IMG/VR virus record: IMGVR_UViG_3300025319_000035
DNA length: 47,574 bases
Source: a virus
Reading direction: 5' to 3' (one strand)
This document shows, one piece after another, positions 37,352-44,634 of the stretch (positions are counted from its first letter, which is position 1; each line of letters opens with the position of its first letter). The translations under genes and the position numbers were made by a program. The notes below the pieces were generated by a model, which was given only the letters and a program-made list of their open reading frames with translations, was not told the origin of the DNA and ran no database searches.

Positions 37352-38655
37352 ATAAATTTATAATTTTAATTTCATTACTTCTAATTCCAATTCCACTTGC
37401 ATATGCAGATAACAGCATTTTACAGATAATAAAAGTAAGTGGCACAGCAACCATAGGAGTTCAAAACTTTGACTATACTGTATCGCCAGCAGTAACCGAC
37501 ATAACAAAAACAATGATCTTCATGTCAGTAAGACACATTGGTGATTCAAATGAGAAGGAAGTATATCGAAGCTGGGAACTGATAAATCCAACAACATTAA
37601 GGTTTTACGGAAGTAGTAATGTACCAGCAAACAATGATGCCCTGACTTTTATTGGTTATATCGTAGAGTTTACAAGTAACAGTGATATGACTTCCCAACA
37701 AGGTTTGATGACAGTTGCAGGTGGACAGGCAAACCAAGAGTTTACTGATTCATTTACTGCTGTCAACACAACATCAAGTTTCTTTCAGTTTCTAGGTCAG
37801 ACAGCTAACCACGCTGATCTTACTTGGGGTGTGGAAGAATTTGCAAGAATGAGAATAATTAGCTCAACATCTTTTGGCTATGAACCATTTGATGCACCTA
37901 ACAGTGGCCCAACAGATGTAAGATACCAAATTATTGACTTGGCAAATAACGATTTCTTTGTCCAGCGTGGAACTGCATTTATGCCTGATGGAACAGCATT
38001 ACTTACTATAACGCCACCAATTGCAATAGATAGAACAAGAACAATAGTTTTTGCAAGCCATATGTTACAAAATGGTATTCTTGATGCAGAAGCAGATGAA
38101 CACTCTTTTACATTAAGAGTTAACGCTTTAAACCAACTTGAATTTGACAGAGATGATGCTGTTTGTAATACACCAAACGTTTGTGACTTACAAATAAGAT
38201 GGGAAGCGGTATCATTTCCAGCAGACTTTGTAAATGTTCAATATCTTCAATTTGATGATACAGTTGCAACAGGTGCAAACGTACAACAAACAGGTATAGT
38301 AAATTTTGTGCCAACACCTGTTATTTTTGCAAATTCAATAGCAATAGGAACAGTCCACACACCTTTAGGACTTGGACAAGGTAGATCAGCAAGTGGGGGA
38401 AATGGTGCATGGGATCAAGAAGCTTATACAGTTGAACTAATGGATGCGGATACGGTAAATGTTGTAATAAATGACGGTCAACAATTATCAGATGTTTGGT
38501 TTCAAGTCATCGAGTTTGAACAGTTTGGAGCTGGCGATATTAATTCAGGTATTCAACAACAGCCAAGTTGTTGCTTTTTCTTCATAAAACCTCTCCTAGA
38601 TTGGCTAGGTTCGGTCTGGACTTTTCTTTTAATTAACTCCTTGGTGTTCATCTAG
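37348..38655 (+). CDS. Secreted/virion protein with about four tandem beta-rich repeats
   Basis: Signal peptide; repeats starting [AP][VI]xxxx[TS]hhh and ending YIVEF / YQIIDL / WEAVSF / FQVIEF. Confidence 0.65.
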   Translation: MNKFIILISLLLIPIPLAYADNSILQIIKVSGTATIGVQNFDYTVSPAVTDITKTMIFMSVRHIGDSNEKEVYRSWELINPTTLRFYGSSNVPANNDALTFIGYIVEFTSNSDMTSQQGLMTVAGGQANQEFTDSFTAVNTTSSFFQFLGQTANHADLTWGVEEFARMRIISSTSFGYEPFDAPNSGPTDVRYQIIDLANNDFFVQRGTAFMPDGTALLTITPPIAIDRTRTIVFASHMLQNGILDAEADEHSFTLRVNALNQLEFDRDDAVCNTPNVCDLQIRWEAVSFPADFVNVQYLQFDDTVATGANVQQTGIVNFVPTPVIFANSIAIGTVHTPLGLGQGRSASGGNGAWDQEAYTVELMDADTVNVVINDGQQLSDVWFQVIEFEQFGAGDINSGIQQQPSCCFFFIKPLLDWLGSVWTFLLINSLVFI

Positions 38656-38685
38656 TATGATAAAAGAGGTGATGGGATCTTAGTT

Positions 38686-39024
38686 TTGGTCGAGGCAGGA
38701 TTATTTGTCGGGCTTGGAGGACTAGGGTTTGTATTCCTACTACTGTCATTTAAGTTTGGAGCTCTATTAAAGGCACTATCGGCAGTAATTTTCTTCTCTC
38801 TTGCGATGATTCTTTTTGCAGGTTATGAAATAGCCTATACCAGCGAATTAACAGGTGGCCTAACCGAGTGTACTGATTCAGTACCATGTCTTGAACGAAA
38901 CTTTGTAGTAAGAGAGGACGATATTACAGGAGAAACATTTGGTTCATGGATGGCATGGGTAATGATCATGTTGGGAATTTTATCCTCAATGTTATTTATC
39001 TTGGAGATGTTTGTATGGAATTAA
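38686..39024 (+). CDS. 3-TM membrane protein with Cys pair (structural module)
   Basis: TTG after GAGGTGA; TECTDSVPC loop. Confidence 0.7.
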   Translation: MVEAGLFVGLGGLGFVFLLLSFKFGALLKALSAVIFFSLAMILFAGYEIAYTSELTGGLTECTDSVPCLERNFVVREDDITGETFGSWMAWVMIMLGILSSMLFILEMFVWN

Positions 39025-39040
39025 AGGAGAATGAAGTGTA

Positions 39041-39505
39041 ATGGTTTCAGAGGCATTTGTTAAAATTTATTTCTTCTTTCTTCTATTTAACGTTGCAGCG
39101 TTTATGATTCAGGCAACAATTGATCAAGCACAGACAGAAGGGATGCCAAACACTGACGCGGTACTAGCATTTACGACACAGCATATTAACGATACAGGTA
39201 CTAGGTTCATCAACGGTACAAGTATTCAGAACGACACAGATACGCTAGTAGGTCAGATTTACAATCCACTTAATGAAACAGGTGATCCAGGAGATATTGT
39301 AAATGAAAACAGCATACTTAACATTCTAAGTCTGGATAATGCAGTTAGGTTTATCGATGGAGGTTTCATTTTGGATGGCTTTGACAACTTTGGAAATTCA
39401 ATCGGCCTTGATTTCCCAGACGAAATTAAGATTGGATTTGCAGTAGTAATTGGGTTTCTCACATTCTTTTGGCTGCTTTATGTATTCCTTGGACGTTCAA
39501 CATGA
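39041..39505 (+). CDS. Two-helix hairpin membrane/virion protein with glycosylatable loop
   Basis: Terminal hydrophobic helices; NDT, NGT, NDT and NET sequons; C-terminus LGRST. Confidence 0.7.
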   Translation: MVSEAFVKIYFFFLLFNVAAFMIQATIDQAQTEGMPNTDAVLAFTTQHINDTGTRFINGTSIQNDTDTLVGQIYNPLNETGDPGDIVNENSILNILSLDNAVRFIDGGFILDGFDNFGNSIGLDFPDEIKIGFAVVIGFLTFFWLLYVFLGRST

Positions 39506-39613
39506 GTAATAACCGAAGCAGTAAGAACAAATATCCTCAAAATAGTCACATACTTTCCTTCTATGCAAACACATTTATCAAAGCAAATCTCGAAAAAAAG
39601 AGAACAATAGAAC

Positions 39614-40609
39614 TTACGTATTAAACTTAAAGCTACCAATCCATTTATCTAAATTGCCAACTAAAATTCCAATGAGCAAGGAAATTCCAGTGATCAACGG
39701 AACAAACCTGTATGGCCATACATCATAACTCGACATCCCAATCAAGATTGGAGATGTAAATATTATCCCATAACAAAATATAATTGCTGGAAGACCTTGA
39801 CGAATCCTTTTTGTAATCAACAACGTTGTAGCAAATATCAAAAATACAACAGTAAATTGATCGTGGGCAAATCCTTTCCAGATCCAGCTAACAAATCCCA
39901 TAAAAAACTGTTCAGAATCAAACCTATCAATCAGTAAAAGGGATTTACCAATATCATCAATTAAATAAATTCCAGTGATTCCAAGCAAAACAACAGCTAG
40001 ATATAAAATAATTATAACTAATTTGTTCAAGTTCTTATCAATTAAGATAAAGAGCAGAAGTGCAGGAAGAAATAATATTGTAATTGATTTGGCAAGGACT
40101 GATAATACAAAAAATACAGGGGAAAATACATAAAATTTAGTCCTTGTAAGGTACAAAGATAGAATAAAAAACAAAGACCAGAAGCTAGGATAGGTTACAG
40201 AAGTATCATAATTGAAGAAGATCGAGCTTTGCAAGGTAACAAGAACCGCAATAACGCTTGCAATTCTCTTTTGTGTAATAGAATAAACAAGTTTGTAAGT
40301 AACAGCAAGGATCAAAATACTTGATACAAATGGCAATACATTATAATTTCCAAATGTAATTTGACTAAGTTCGAGCAATCCCATATGGACAGAGTGCCTC
40401 CAATCATCCTTAATCCATGATAAATCCCACACATACAGCCTAGCCATCCGCCTGTCAAAATCAAAACAGTTTCTATATCCACTACACTCAGATTGAAACA
40501 ATTCAAAGCTGGTTAACACAATATATCCAGCAAAAATTACAAGCATTACATAGAAAGTCTGTCTTTTTGTAATCTCAAAACTGGCAATTTTCTGAATATC
40601 CAATTGCAA
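39614..40609 (-). CDS. GT-C fold (PMT/ArnT-like) integral membrane glycosyltransferase
   Basis: About 9 TM; YNVLPFVSSILILAVTYKLV...LVTLQSSIFF...FFILSLYL...LSVLAKSITILFLP pattern. Confidence 0.65.
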   Translation of the reverse strand: MQLDIQKIASFEITKRQTFYVMLVIFAGYIVLTSFELFQSECSGYRNCFDFDRRMARLYVWDLSWIKDDWRHSVHMGLLELSQITFGNYNVLPFVSSILILAVTYKLVYSITQKRIASVIAVLVTLQSSIFFNYDTSVTYPSFWSLFFILSLYLTRTKFYVFSPVFFVLSVLAKSITILFLPALLLFILIDKNLNKLVIIILYLAVVLLGITGIYLIDDIGKSLLLIDRFDSEQFFMGFVSWIWKGFAHDQFTVVFLIFATTLLITKRIRQGLPAIIFCYGIIFTSPILIGMSSYDVWPYRFVPLITGISLLIGILVGNLDKWIGSFKFNT

Positions 40610-40664
40610 ACCAACTTGTTTTGTGCTATAAGAGATTAGTTTTTAGGCCAAAAATACTCATTTT

Positions 40665-40705
40665 TGTCGGACATTGGGCAATAATTTTCTTTTAAATAAG
40701 TCCAC
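40665..40705 (+). promoter_or_regulatory. Putative late promoter, copy 3, with TGTCGGACA palindrome
   Basis: TGTC-N-GACA (40665-40673) 18 nt before TTTAAATA; motif TTCTTTTAAATAAGTCCAC 40687-40705. Confidence 0.75.
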
Positions 40706-40720
40706 ATTTAAGGTTCTTTA

Positions 40721-40804
40721 ATGGTACAATCACTAGGCTTACTACATAGTAGAAATAGTACGGTTAGTACCCATTTTACTTTTAAAGGAGGTGAAATGAC
40801 TTAG
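40721..40804 (+). other. Leaderless upstream ORF (MVQSLG...GGEMT, 27 aa)
   Basis: ATG 30 nt after TATA start; its TAG overlaps the TTA first codon of the hairpin gene. Confidence 0.55.
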
Positions 40805-41031
40805 TTTTATCATTAGGCTTTATTCTAGCCTTCATTGGTGCAGCAGTAGCATTACTTATTGGAATACTTATCTTCTCAGAAGTATCTGACGCAATCAACT
40901 GTCCAACTGGACAGGGTAGCACAGAGTGCCAAAACGCAAAAGATACTGCATGGACTGTTATAGGTATTCTTCCAGTAGCACTATTCTTTGCACTGTTCGC
41001 CATATTCGGTGCTTTAGGCGGAAGACAATAG
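40801..41031 (+). CDS. Putative major capsid (or pilin-like) hydrophobic hairpin protein A, 76 aa, non-canonical start (TTA)
   Basis: (L)VLSLGFILAFIGAAVALLIGILIFSEVSDAINCPTGQGSTECQNAKDTAWTVIGILPVALFFALFAIFGALGGRQ. Homologous to the array genes; SD GGAGGTGA 6 nt upstream; own promoter and terminator. Confidence 0.8.
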   Translation, partial: LVLSLGFILAFIGAAVALLIGILIFSEVSDAINCPTGQGSTECQNAKDTAWTVIGILPVALFFALFAIFGALGGRQ

Positions 41032-41037
41032 AAAAAA

Positions 41038-41074
41038 TTCGGTTGCTAATCACAACCAAATTTCTCTTTTTTTT
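41038..41074 (+). terminator. Hairpin plus T-tract terminator
   Basis: GGTTG-CTAATCA-CAACC followed by TTTCTCTTTTTTTT. Confidence 0.7.
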
Positions 41075-41111
41075 AATAAAATCATAATAAAATTTTACTA
41101 CATCCATAATT

Positions 41112-41152
41112 TGTCAGACAACAGGCAATTATTTTCTTTTAAATAAGTCCAC
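41112..41152 (+). promoter_or_regulatory. Putative late promoter, copy 4, with TGTCAGACA palindrome
   Basis: Same palindrome-to-TATA spacing (18 nt) as copy 3. Confidence 0.75.
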
Positions 41153-41167
41153 AATCAAGCTTCTTGT

Positions 41168-41200
41168 ATGGTACGATCACTCGGTGGTGAAATCTCATAG
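41168..41200 (+). other. Leaderless upstream ORF (MVRSLGGEIS)
   Basis: ATG 30 nt after TATA start; TAG overlaps the ATA first codon of hairpin gene B. Confidence 0.55.
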
Positions 41201-41427
41201 TTTTATCATTAGGCTTTATTCTCGCATTTATCGGTGCAGCAGTAGCATTGTTAATTGGAATACTTATCTTCTCAGAAGTATCTGATGCAATCAACTGTCC
41301 AACTGGACAGGGTGCTACAGAATGTGCAAACGCGAAAGACACAGCATGGACTGTTATTGGTATTCTTCCAGTAGCATTATTCTTTGCATTGTTCGCCATA
41401 TTCGGTGCATTAGGAGGACGAGAGTAG
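41197..41427 (+). CDS. Putative major capsid (or pilin-like) hydrophobic hairpin protein B, 76 aa, non-canonical start (ATA)
   Basis: Near-identical to protein A (differs at the start codon, ATECAN and the C-terminal E); SD GGTGGTGA 6 nt upstream. Confidence 0.8.
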   Translation: MVLSLGFILAFIGAAVALLIGILIFSEVSDAINCPTGQGATECANAKDTAWTVIGILPVALFFALFAIFGALGGRE

Positions 41428-41439
41428 AAAAGAATCCAG

Positions 41440-41472
41440 GGTTGGTAAAACAACCAAACTTCTCTTTTTTTT
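41440..41472 (+). terminator. Hairpin plus T-tract terminator
   Basis: GGTTG-GTAAAA-CAACC then CTTCTCTTTTTTTT; same stem as 41038. Confidence 0.7.
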
Positions 41473-41493
41473 ATTACCCACAAAAACAAGTTT

Positions 41494-41512
41494 TTCTTTT
41501 AAATAAGTCAAC
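41494..41512 (+). promoter_or_regulatory. Putative late promoter, copy 5
   Basis: TTCTTTTAAATAAGTCAAC; ATG of a 7-aa uORF (41527-41550) 29 nt downstream. Confidence 0.7.
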
Positions 41513-41540
41513 AAAAAATCATTCTTATGGTGTTTCTACT

Positions 41541-41828
41541 ATTGCTGTAGCTATAATTATCATCGCCACTTTATCTATCATCGCAACTGTAATGGCAGTT
41601 TTAGCTTTAGCTCCTATGATTGATCAGCTTGGTAGCTCAAATGATCCAGAAGGACATTGGAGTGAAACTCAGGCAAAGGCAGATGGTGGTGACATTTATG
41701 CTCAACATGCAATAGAATCTCGTGACAGAACATTTCAAGCAATTCTTGTTTTACCAATATTTTTAATCGGTGCTATTGTAGCTTGGGCATTTTTGGCCGT
41801 TACGAGGAGGGATTTTGGCGAGGTATGA
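41541..41828 (+). CDS. Divergent two-helix hairpin protein C (start uncertain: ATT 41541, GTA 41547 or ATG 41592)
   Basis: IAVAIIIIATLSIIATVMAVLALAPMIDQL...AILVLPIFLIGAIVAWAFLAVTRRD. The ORF-track start at 41322 lies upstream of a terminator and promoter and is unlikely. Confidence 0.65.
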   Translation: MAVAIIIIATLSIIATVMAVLALAPMIDQLGSSNDPEGHWSETQAKADGGDIYAQHAIESRDRTFQAILVLPIFLIGAIVAWAFLAVTRRDFGEV

Positions 41829-42667
41829 TTAAATTTGTCAGTATTAATAAAAAAAATATGATATTAAGAAATAAAAAAGGACAATTCAAAAAAGGAAACC
41901 AAAAAGGAATTCCATTATCTAAAAAAACAAAAAGAAAAATCGGTCTAGCCAATAAAGGAAAACCAAATTGGAAGAAAGGAACAAAAGGATTACAACTTCA
42001 CTCAGAAAAAACAAAAAGACTCATCTCCCTTCATAATAAAGCAGGCACAAAAGCAGTAAGAGAAAAAAATCGTAAATGGCATTTAGGAAGAAAATTAAAT
42101 TCAAAACATAAATTAAAAATAGCAAAAGCAATAAAAATAAAATGGAAGGATTCACAATATAGAAAAAATCATCATGAAGGAATGTTAGGATTACAAAATA
42201 CTTTAGGAACAAAACAATCCAAACAAACAATTGCAAAACGAATGAAAACAATGAAGCCGATCTTCAGTTCAGAAAAATATAAATCCAAACAGAGAAAAAA
42301 CAGACTTCACCAAGTTTTTCCAACAAAAGATTCAAAACCAGAAAGAATGGTTCAACAAATGCTAAAAGCCAATGATATTGAATATCAGACTCATTATCCA
42401 ATTATCGGCCAGCCTGATCTTTTTGTAAAACCTTCAGTTTGTATCTTTGTTGATGGATGTTATTGGCATGGTTGTAAGAGATGTCATCCTAAGATATGGG
42501 AAAAATACAGACAAATCTACGAGCAGATAATGTACGATAATGAGATCACTCATACATTAACAGTACGCGGTTACTATGTGATCAGAATTTGGGAACATGA
42601 AATTACTCCTAACAATGTAGAAGTTGCCAAAAATGTAATAAAAATAATCGGGATGGCTCGTAGTTAA
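41825..42667 (+). CDS. Free-standing homing-type endonuclease: NUMOD3-like basic repeats plus Vsr/DUF559 nuclease domain
   Basis: PLSKKTKRKIG, HSEKTKRLIS and QSKQTIAKR repeats; SKPE...GQPDLF...IFVDGCYWHGC...GYYVIRIWEHE. ATGA/TAATG coupled. Confidence 0.8.
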   Translation: MIKFVSINKKNMILRNKKGQFKKGNQKGIPLSKKTKRKIGLANKGKPNWKKGTKGLQLHSEKTKRLISLHNKAGTKAVREKNRKWHLGRKLNSKHKLKIAKAIKIKWKDSQYRKNHHEGMLGLQNTLGTKQSKQTIAKRMKTMKPIFSSEKYKSKQRKNRLHQVFPTKDSKPERMVQQMLKANDIEYQTHYPIIGQPDLFVKPSVCIFVDGCYWHGCKRCHPKIWEKYRQIYEQIMYDNEITHTLTVRGYYVIRIWEHEITPNNVEVAKNVIKIIGMARS

Positions 42668-43446
42668 TGGTTCTTAGTCTTCCTTTCATACTTGCTTTCA
42701 TCGGTAGTGCAGTTGCATTAATAGTTGGCATGGTAATTTATGGTGACATTTCAGAGGCAATCGAATGTCCTGCTTCTGGTGGAGGTGGTGCTGGTGGTGA
42801 TCTATTCAATACTTTAGGGTTACTACCTGATGGTGATGGTGTAGATATGGAAGTACACCGCATCTCAGGACAATTAATAACATTATCAAACCAACAAATA
42901 GAATCTGTCACAGTAAATAATATAGATTCGGCTTCTAACAGTAATGGTATTTTAAATGCAGTAATCTATTCAGGAGTATCTAATAATACAGCATTTGGTT
43001 CTACAACATTAGAAGCAACATCCGACTCTATTGATCTGTCTGATGGTGCATATGCTTTCAACAGTGATTTTGATATTACATTTAACTTTACATCTGCACC
43101 AACATTATCAGGTTCAGATATTGTAATTGCTTTAGAAGTAGTTGGTGAAGATGATCAATTATTTCTAGAAGCTGTTGATACTGATATTGGTGGAAATGAA
43201 GGTATTGCTATTACAAAAGAAAATACTGAATTTTGGGTATTAAATCCAATCATCGAAAATCATCCAAATCTAGCAGAGGATATTTTAATGCAAGTCACAT
43301 TAGCTGGTGGTGGCCCAGCCGAAACTGGTTCAGAACAGTGCCAACAGGCAAAAGATATTTCTTGGACTGTAATAGGAATAATTCCAGTCGCATTATTCTT
43401 TTCCCTATTTGCAATATTTTCTGCACTAGGTACAGGAAGGCAGTAA
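42667..43446 (+). CDS. Hairpin-scaffold protein with ~190-aa passenger (module X), array member 1
   Basis: Conserved N-terminus MVLSLPFILAFIGSAVALIVGMVIYGDISEAIECP and C-terminus GSEQCQQAKDISWTVIGIIPVALFFSLFAIFSALGTGRQ. Confidence 0.9.
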   Translation: MVLSLPFILAFIGSAVALIVGMVIYGDISEAIECPASGGGGAGGDLFNTLGLLPDGDGVDMEVHRISGQLITLSNQQIESVTVNNIDSASNSNGILNAVIYSGVSNNTAFGSTTLEATSDSIDLSDGAYAFNSDFDITFNFTSAPTLSGSDIVIALEVVGEDDQLFLEAVDTDIGGNEGIAITKENTEFWVLNPIIENHPNLAEDILMQVTLAGGGPAETGSEQCQQAKDISWTVIGIIPVALFFSLFAIFSALGTGRQ

Positions 43447-43449
43447 CAA

Positions 43450-44634
43450 TTGGTTCTAAGTTTACCATTCATACTTGCTTTCATTGGTAGTGCAGTTGCA
43501 TTAATAATTGGCATGGTAATTTATGGCGATATTTCAGAGGCAATCGAATGTCCTGCTTCTGGTGGTGGAGGACAGATGACATCATCTGCACCAAACACAG
43601 GATCATTTTCTAATGCTGATGGAGAATATTTTGAAAATGGAATACAAACTAACTTTAATGTAGTAAGTGGAATATTAAACAACGGAGTTTTGCAGGAAGG
43701 TACTGCAAGCTTGGAGGATCAAGGCGAGATAAGATTTGGAACAAACTCACAATGGGATTTTCTTCATACAGTTGATAGTGTAAATAGCAACAAGACAAGT
43801 ATTAATTTTTGGATAAAGGGAGATGTAGATGCTGCCTCAACAGAAGTTCCACTATTATCAACAATGAATAAAAATGCTGGTGATAATGACGGATTCATTT
43901 TTTACGCATTTAACGACACATCCCTTGGTGCTGGTAGTGCAGATTTATGGATTGAAATAGATGAGGCTGGTATAAACATAGTTAATCGTTCAACTGGTGG
44001 AGGACAATTTGGTATGGGAATACCAGCAAATGATGGTCAGTGGCATATGATTACATTGATTATGTATAAGGGGTGTGGACCAGGATTCGTGAATCAATTT
44101 AATAATCCTACTTGTTCAAACGCAACTGAAAGTGAAACTTTCGGTAACTTTGCTCACTTATGTATTGATGGTAATGGATTTGGATGTGGTCAGATGGGAT
44201 TTCAACCAGGATTTCCAAATCCCTTTACAGGTTTAGGTGGCACATCAGGTAAAACACTAACAGTCGGTGGCAATCATTTTATTAACGGTATATCAGAAAA
44301 AAGTTTTCAAATTGATGACTTGACAATTTGGCATGGTTACATCTTAAAGAGTGGAATATCTGATCCAAACGGTAATGATGTTACTAATTTATACAATGCA
44401 GGTGTTGGTTCTTCTGCTGGTGCAACAGGATTAAACATAGCACCACAATTTCAGGTTCTTCATGTTAACTTTGATGCAGTTGTAGAAGGAGGTGGAGGAG
44501 GATCACCAGAAATAGGTTCAGAACAGTGCCAGCAAGCAAAAGATATTTCATGGACTGTGATAGGAATTATTCCAGTCGCATTATTTTTCAGTCTATTTGC
44601 AATCTTTTCTGCACTAGGTACAGGAAGGCAGTAA
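43450..44634 (+). CDS. Hairpin-scaffold protein with LamG/ConA-like passenger (~325 aa), array member 2
   Basis: Same termini; SINFWIKG, GQWHMITL, LCIDG, LTVGG, IDDLTIW and NLYNAG. Confidence 0.9.
   Translation: MVLSLPFILAFIGSAVALIIGMVIYGDISEAIECPASGGGGQMTSSAPNTGSFSNADGEYFENGIQTNFNVVSGILNNGVLQEGTASLEDQGEIRFGTNSQWDFLHTVDSVNSNKTSINFWIKGDVDAASTEVPLLSTMNKNAGDNDGFIFYAFNDTSLGAGSADLWIEIDEAGINIVNRSTGGGQFGMGIPANDGQWHMITLIMYKGCGPGFVNQFNNPTCSNATESETFGNFAHLCIDGNGFGCGQMGFQPGFPNPFTGLGGTSGKTLTVGGNHFINGISEKSFQIDDLTIWHGYILKSGISDPNGNDVTNLYNAGVGSSAGATGLNIAPQFQVLHVNFDAVVEGGGGGSPEIGSEQCQQAKDISWTVIGIIPVALFFSLFAIFSALGTGRQ

Noticed and set aside
543-38317. Numerous short minus-strand ORFs overlapping plus-strand genes (e.g. 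543-842, 5731-5988, 11297-11509, 30384-30785, 35824-36021) and plus-strand ORFs over minus genes (22518-22715, 23440-23826)
   Set aside because: Fully nested opposite better-supported genes, with F/L/S-rich antisense composition and no SD or coupling.
40790-41205. Programmed -1 frameshift fusing the uORFs to the hairpin genes
   Set aside because: An in-frame TGA leaves only two codons for a shift, and no re-pairable slippery sequence is present. Bypass or splicing remains a less likely alternative.
40782-41489. Minus-strand ORFs 40782-41003 and 41139-41489, and plus-strand ORF start at 41322
   Set aside because: They are antisense shadows of the real plus-strand hairpin genes. The 41322 start lies inside gene B, upstream of a terminator and a promoter.
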